DNA of 64,000 nt from contig JAUVXV010000015.1 of assembly GCA_030603365.1 (NCBI GenBank), positions 32,001-96,000 of the forward strand, given 5' to 3'. The notes beneath the pieces were generated by a model. It did not search any database. It was not told the DNA's origin and was given only the letters and a program-made list of their open reading frames with translations. Below are positions 59,123 to 64,000 of this stretch, piece by piece. The position numbers were made by a program, and so were the translations under genes. The first letter of the stretch is position 1. Every line of letters begins with the position of its first letter. Source of the DNA: Candidatus Heimdallarchaeota archaeon. GTDB lineage: Archaea > Asgardarchaeota > Heimdallarchaeia > Heimdallarchaeales > Heimdallarchaeaceae.

Positions 59123-59695
59123 ATGCTTAGTCCAATAATCTACACCTTAGCATGGATTATTGGAGGATTAATTGTACCAGATTATAATCATATTCGTGAT
59201 GATGTCAGCTCCCTATTTGCAGTTGGGGCTCACAAAAGATGGTTATTCAGTTCTTTCTTTATTACTGGTAGTGCATTGTCATTTATTTTCTCTTTTGGAT
59301 TACTCTGGGGTATTGAGGGAAATGGTTCAATTGTCGGACCAATATTGTTTCTGATTAGTACATTCATAGGATTACTTGTTGCTATATTCTTTCCTCTAGA
59401 TGAAGGAGGTAAATTAGAAACTTTACGAGGAAAACTACATCTAATTCTTATAGTTATTTCAGGGATTATTATAATGGTTTCAATGATCTTTTTATGGCTT
59501 CGAACCAAAACCGTAGAAGGTTGGATAGGTTTTGCTTGGTTCTCATTAGTTTCAGTACCAATTATGCTTATTCTCATGGCTATATCAGGTATTTTCGGAG
59601 GAGGACCTTACATGGGTTTAGTAGAAAGATTCATGGTTAGCTACTTTCAAGTATACTACTTTGTTATCGCATTAATGTTATTTCTAAATAATTGA
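59123..59695 (+). CDS. DUF998 membrane protein (start may lie slightly upstream)
   Basis: PDYNHIRDDVSSL, FPLD, GKLH and GLVER. Confidence 0.8.
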   Translation: MLSPIIYTLAWIIGGLIVPDYNHIRDDVSSLFAVGAHKRWLFSSFFITGSALSFIFSFGLLWGIEGNGSIVGPILFLISTFIGLLVAIFFPLDEGGKLETLRGKLHLILIVISGIIIMVSMIFLWLRTKTVEGWIGFAWFSLVSVPIMLILMAISGIFGGGPYMGLVERFMVSYFQVYYFVIALMLFLNN

Positions 59696-59717
59696 AATTT
59701 GAAATGGAGCTGATAAA

Positions 59718-60140
59718 ATGGGTAGAAAATTAATATCATTTCTTCTTATTATTCATGGTTTGATTTATTTATTATTTGAATTCATCATCTATGATTCAGC
59801 TAACGATGTTTATATTGGTTGGTCTGGTCAATCATGGATATTAACTAATCCTTTAGGAACACTTGCTGTACTTATTATTGGCCGAATAGTATGGGGGTTA
59901 ACAATAGCAGGATTTGTCGCAGCAGGAATAACTCTTTTGTTAAAATTGAAGATATGGAGAATTATAGCTTTAATTTCATCAGCAATATCACTTCTAGGAT
60001 ATTTGTTCTTCTGGGATGGATTATCACCTGAACCATATTACTGGGTTGCAGGAGCTGTAATTGGTGGAGGAATAATTCTATTTCTACTAATTGTTAGATG
60101 GCCGAAAGATGAGAAACTCTTTGGTACTGTTGAAACATGA
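59718..60140 (+). CDS. 4-TM membrane protein
   Basis: LIIHGLI...SWILT; hydrophobic helices; GGAG upstream. Confidence 0.7.
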   Translation: MGRKLISFLLIIHGLIYLLFEFIIYDSANDVYIGWSGQSWILTNPLGTLAVLIIGRIVWGLTIAGFVAAGITLLLKLKIWRIIALISSAISLLGYLFFWDGLSPEPYYWVAGAVIGGGIILFLLIVRWPKDEKLFGTVET

Positions 60141-60352
60141 TTAACAGTAGTTTTCAATTTTTCGCGTTTAGTAAGCACAGATATACTACTTTATTATTGG
60201 TTGATGTTGTTCTAAAGAGATTAACAAATTAAAATAATTTGTTTTTTTTCTATTTTAAAGTAAATGAAGTAGAATCAGCTTCTATTTATATTAACTGGAA
60301 AAAAATAACCTATTAAAAATGTAAAAAATCACTTGTTAAAAAAGGAATTTTT

Positions 60353-60592
60353 GTGACAGTTGATTTGGAATCAATATTATTTAGATATATGTTCAACAAA
60401 AGAGTGTTATCATACTTTGCTTCTCTTAATACTGAGATATTAGACTTTCTTAGAGAACAAATTGAAGCAGGAAAAATCAAGTCTATTGTTGAGAAAACCT
60501 TTCCATTGAGTCAAACAGCTGATGCACATAGATACTATGAAAAAGGTCATCTGAAAGGGAAAATTGTAATTTCAGTAATTGACAGAGAATAA
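60353..60592 (+). pseudogene. C-terminal fragment of an MDR/zinc-binding dehydrogenase
   Basis: LDFLREQIEAGKIKSIVEKTFPLSQTADAHRYYEKGHLKGKIVI; N-terminal domain absent. Confidence 0.75.
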
Positions 60593-60649
60593 AGTGTTGA
60601 TTAATTCCTTTCTCACAACTAGAAAGGAATATACTTTTTATACTGAAAG

Positions 60650-60853
60650 TTGATTATATTTACACACATGACTGCTTTAAAACCCAATCAAGACAGAGTC
60701 AAACAAAGGAGAGAAGAAGTTATTCAATCTGCATTAAGATCAAAAAGATTTACTACAGCCCAATTGACTCGAGAAGCTTCAGCTTTCATCCAATTCTGTT
60801 TGTCTTTAGAGCAGATAAGAACTGAAAATGTAAGACCTCATGGAAGAGATTAA
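60650..60853 (+). CDS. small protein, putative partner/antitoxin of the downstream nucleotidyltransferase
   Basis: About 61-67 aa, helical; overlaps the next gene by 14 bp. Confidence 0.45.
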   Translation: MIIFTHMTALKPNQDRVKQRREEVIQSALRSKRFTTAQLTREASAFIQFCLSLEQIRTENVRPHGRD

Positions 60854-61436
60854 ATTGAGTGATCCTATCTCAAAAAGCCTTGAAAAACTGGTATCTTATT
60901 TTAGTTCAAATTCAATTCCATATGTTATTGTTGGAGGAGTCGCTGTGATTGTCACTGGTCGAACCAGAATGACTTCAGATGTTGATATTATACTTGATCA
61001 CCAAAGAATCCAAAGGGAGGATTTTGTGGAATATCTAGTGAAAGAAGGATTTGATGCCAATCTTCGAGATTTTGATGGGTTTGACGAGAAAGGTCATTGT
61101 TCTGTGTTCTTTAAAGAAGGAATGTTTAGAATCGATATTAAAGGCGCATACACTAATTTAGATAACGAAAGTATTGAAATGGCATTATCTGAAACATTTA
61201 ATGGTATTCCAGTGAAAATAAATCATCCAATTAATACAATATTATTCAAACTCAAATTTGGTTCTGAACAAGATTATGAAGACGCTTTAGCTGTTTATGT
61301 AAGAAATATGGAAAGAATAGATCATGATTTTTTAACATCTAAAGCTCTTAAAATGAAAATAAAAAATGAACTTGATTCTTTCCTAGAGGAAGTCAATAGT
61401 TTTCTGAAGAAACAAAATTCCAAAGATAAACAATAA
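60840..61436 (+). CDS. DNA pol beta-superfamily nucleotidyltransferase (DUF6036/AbiEii-like)
   Basis: YVIVGGVAV..TGRTRMTSDVDI; KL..GSEQDYED. Confidence 0.8.
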   Translation: MEEIKLSDPISKSLEKLVSYFSSNSIPYVIVGGVAVIVTGRTRMTSDVDIILDHQRIQREDFVEYLVKEGFDANLRDFDGFDEKGHCSVFFKEGMFRIDIKGAYTNLDNESIEMALSETFNGIPVKINHPINTILFKLKFGSEQDYEDALAVYVRNMERIDHDFLTSKALKMKIKNELDSFLEEVNSFLKKQNSKDKQ

Positions 61437-61467
61437 TTTTATTAGGTTTGTATGGTTAGTTATTTTC

Positions 61468-62322
61468 ATGCAACACATCTTTCTTTCTCCTCATTTCGAT
61501 GATGCGGTAGCCAGTTGTGGAGGATCCATTGCCAAACTTGTTTATGAGAGAAAAGATGTTAAAGTTATAACAATTTACACTAGGCAACCTGACTTAACAT
61601 CAATTTCAAAGAAATTCGATAAGTTTGCAATCTATGACCAAAGAAAGAAAGAAGACAAAGTTGCTCTTGATAAGCTTAGTGCAGATTATAAATGGATGGA
61701 TATAGAGGAAAGAGCTTACAGAACACCTCTGCTTAAGAAACCTACAGATGTCTTCAGAATTAATCTTTCAGAGGGATTAAAACAATTCTTAAACATAAGA
61801 GAGATACAAACAGAACTAGATAAGATTTTCGAGAAAAATCCTAAAACAAAAATTTATGCTCCTTTAGGTGTAGGGAACCATTTTGATCATGTAGAAGTTT
61901 TCCTTGCTTCATTGATGTACATGGTTGATAATGCCCTCTTTGACAATTTCCTTTTCTATCTAGATTCCTATGGTATGTTTAGCACCAAGATGAGAAGGAA
62001 ACATTATCTGGGAAAACAAATTATATCTCGTGGAAAAAAACCTGAGAATTCTAGCTTCAAATGGTTCATGATAACTTCAGTTATGAATGCAATGATTTCG
62101 GGACATAAAATAGAGAAATTGCTTTCTTCCAAATATCTAGATTTAGAATGGGAACTCAAAACAAGTTCGATAAAAGGTTATGAAAGAACGAAATTTTCAG
62201 CTCTTATGTGTTATGAATCCCAAGTGAATCTATTCGGAAAAAAAACGCTTGAGAAATTCTTCAACAGACATCATAAGAATTGGGACAGTTCTGAACTGTT
62301 TATGCAGGTAAAAGAAATCTAG
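61468..62322 (+). CDS. PIG-L family deacetylase
   Basis: LSPHFDDAV.SCGG, R..ED, PLGVGNHFDH and K..AL.CYESQ. Confidence 0.9.
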   Translation: MQHIFLSPHFDDAVASCGGSIAKLVYERKDVKVITIYTRQPDLTSISKKFDKFAIYDQRKKEDKVALDKLSADYKWMDIEERAYRTPLLKKPTDVFRINLSEGLKQFLNIREIQTELDKIFEKNPKTKIYAPLGVGNHFDHVEVFLASLMYMVDNALFDNFLFYLDSYGMFSTKMRRKHYLGKQIISRGKKPENSSFKWFMITSVMNAMISGHKIEKLLSSKYLDLEWELKTSSIKGYERTKFSALMCYESQVNLFGKKTLEKFFNRHHKNWDSSELFMQVKEI

Positions 62323-62366
62323 ATGAAATCCCTTCAGTCTAGATTTACTCATTTCTTGCTGCAAAC

Positions 62367-64000
62367 TCATAATTTAGCGTATTTCCTCTTAAGTACATAA
62401 CTTATTACAATTATGGCTGGTATAAATATATACACTAATTGATGCTTTGAAAACTCTGGTACAACTATAATTTCTTCTTGAATTCGCCCATTATATGCAA
62501 CTATACTAATGTCAGGGATTTTACTAATGTAGTTGATTGCAGCATCTCGATACATGAAACCTGTATCTGTTGCAGTATAGACATCTTTGAAACTAACCCA
62601 CCACATATAATCGATCATAAGTCCAGTATAAATGTTAGTAGGAATTATTTCCTCAAAAGTACCAGTTGAATTAATATACGCAGAGGTAATGTGAAATCCA
62701 CCATCATAGCTATAGTTGTATCTAATGTTACCAATTGCATGATATCCATGACCATTGGTCAAAATATCTAATAATTCCTGACCTGTAATGCTTAGTTCGA
62801 GCATGTTATTTTCAAAAGGAATGACTGAAACTACATCACCTATTGTGACATCCCCAGCACGGAAATAGTCTCTTATTCCTCCTCCTCTATTAGTTATTGA
62901 AAAATCGTGGGTCCAGTTGAGATAGTCTAACATTCCATCTGCTACAAGATTACCGATCCCACTTTCAGGAGATGGATCATATACAGCAGTAGAAGCATAT
63001 GATATTACTACATCAGCACCTACAAGATCTACCCAGTAGTCAACTACTTGCTGAATCTCAGCATCAGGTGTAACTCCACCTTCAGTATTTGCGACTAGAT
63101 ACCCACTCTGTGAAACCACAACTTTTGGATCAAGTGTAGCGTCAACCTCTAGATCTATTCGTATATATTGCTGAGCATAATGTCCTGCCATCGCTACAAT
63201 TGAACCACTAACTTCCGTGACTGTAGGAGTACCACCATGACCTCCTAGAAAAACGCTAATATTAAGATCAGCTACATCAGCTGCTAAACTTTTCAGTTCA
63301 TTAGGTACAACATGAGTCAAAGCAATTATAATATCTGCTCCTGCAGCTCTCATTGCTGGAACATTGTTTCTCAAAGCCGTTTCATAATTTCCGAAATCAT
63401 AATACTGAGTATATTTTGGATGTGCAGCAGTATATGTAGCTGTAGTTGTTAACCCCACAATTCCAACCTGTATCCCAGCATGTTCTTGAACAACCCAAGG
63501 AATAGTGAAGTTAGCTAAGTCAGTTGTACCTACATCATATATATTACATGATAACAAGGGGAAATTAGCTATGTTTTGTCGATAATTCAACCAATCTATA
63601 CCATAATCAAATTCATGATTACCAATAGCTGAAGCAGTAAAATTCATAGCATTCATAACATCCATCATAGATTCTCCTTGAGTTAGAGTAGCAACAGCTG
63701 GACCAGTGTTTTCATCCCCCCCATTTAAGAGAAGGAAAGAATCATCTGATGCATTAAACCCTTCTTGCTTAAAATAACCCATATATGTTGCTGCACCACC
63801 TCTTCCGTCGTGAGGCTCTAGCCACCCATGCCAATCATTAATGTGTAGAATTGTGAGATATACTGTGTCAGCAGTAAACCGATTATTCTGAATGTTCTCA
63901 AGTGAAGCAGAGAAATTCGAATCTGAAGGTTGAGCATCAGATGTATCGGTTACTGCATAAGAAGGATTGTTCATCATAGAAACAATTAAAATTGAACTGA
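62367..64000 (-). CDS. 5'-partial bifunctional metallophosphatase/5'-nucleotidase, membrane-anchored
   Basis: HINDWHG, GGD, IGNHEFD, ALTH, GGH, NRGGGIR and PFEN; VPEF-TM-KRK tail; frame stays open from 63977 to the window edge (SSILIVSMM). Confidence 0.9.
   Translation of the reverse strand, partial: SSILIVSMMNNPSYAVTDTSDAQPSDSNFSASLENIQNNRFTADTVYLTILHINDWHGWLEPHDGRGGAATYMGYFKQEGFNASDDSFLLLNGGDENTGPAVATLTQGESMMDVMNAMNFTASAIGNHEFDYGIDWLNYRQNIANFPLLSCNIYDVGTTDLANFTIPWVVQEHAGIQVGIVGLTTTATYTAAHPKYTQYYDFGNYETALRNNVPAMRAAGADIIIALTHVVPNELKSLAADVADLNISVFLGGHGGTPTVTEVSGSIVAMAGHYAQQYIRIDLEVDATLDPKVVVSQSGYLVANTEGGVTPDAEIQQVVDYWVDLVGADVVISYASTAVYDPSPESGIGNLVADGMLDYLNWTHDFSITNRGGGIRDYFRAGDVTIGDVVSVIPFENNMLELSITGQELLDILTNGHGYHAIGNIRYNYSYDGGFHITSAYINSTGTFEEIIPTNIYTGLMIDYMWWVSFKDVYTATDTGFMYRDAAINYISKIPDISIVAYNGRIQEEIIVVPEFSKHQLVYIFIPAIIVISYVLKRKYAKL

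Noticed and set aside
1359-62669. Short ORFs antisense to or nested in long genes (e.g. 1359..1604, 8986..9318, 22703..22972, 26322..26651, 44884..45276, 50735..51076, 59230..59577, 21564..21797)
   Set aside because: They are shadow frames of well-supported genes or of the TatD remnant and carry no recognisable motifs.

Overview
AT-rich prokaryotic chromosomal window, most likely an Asgard archaeon of Heimdallarchaeia type. This is inferred from many surface proteins ending in PE[F/L]-TM-basic tails, a recurring Ig-like C-terminal module, a large Lrp-like wHTH regulator and oligo-T terminators; no marker gene is present. No rRNA, tRNA or CRISPR array was recognised. From left to right it holds a cyclic amidohydrolase / PLP decarboxylase / hydantoin racemase / class III aminotransferase cluster and several anchored surface proteins (S8 protease, LVIVD, beta-helix). 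An AprA/AprB-like flavoprotein-ferredoxin pair follows, then a ~12 kb very AT-rich putative defence island (PHP+ABC-ATPase, PD-(D/E)xK nuclease, DUF4062, STAND-NTPase/TPR, HD-CE/TPR). Next come a cytoplasmic Nal1-type trypsin-like protease with a permuted second barrel and an adjacent free-standing copy of its own N-terminal domain, and a solo TnpB with a rearranged RuvC-II site. That TnpB sits in a 1367-bp unit bounded by 19-bp TGTCA...TGACA inverted repeats with a near-perfect 5-bp flanking duplication. The rest contains a frameshifted EutA fusion, an ABC/FtsX exporter and housekeeping enzymes. A dispersed ~28-bp palindromic repeat family and several 5'-truncated gene remnants indicate active turnover by mobile elements. 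All family assignments come from motif recognition by eye; no database search was run.
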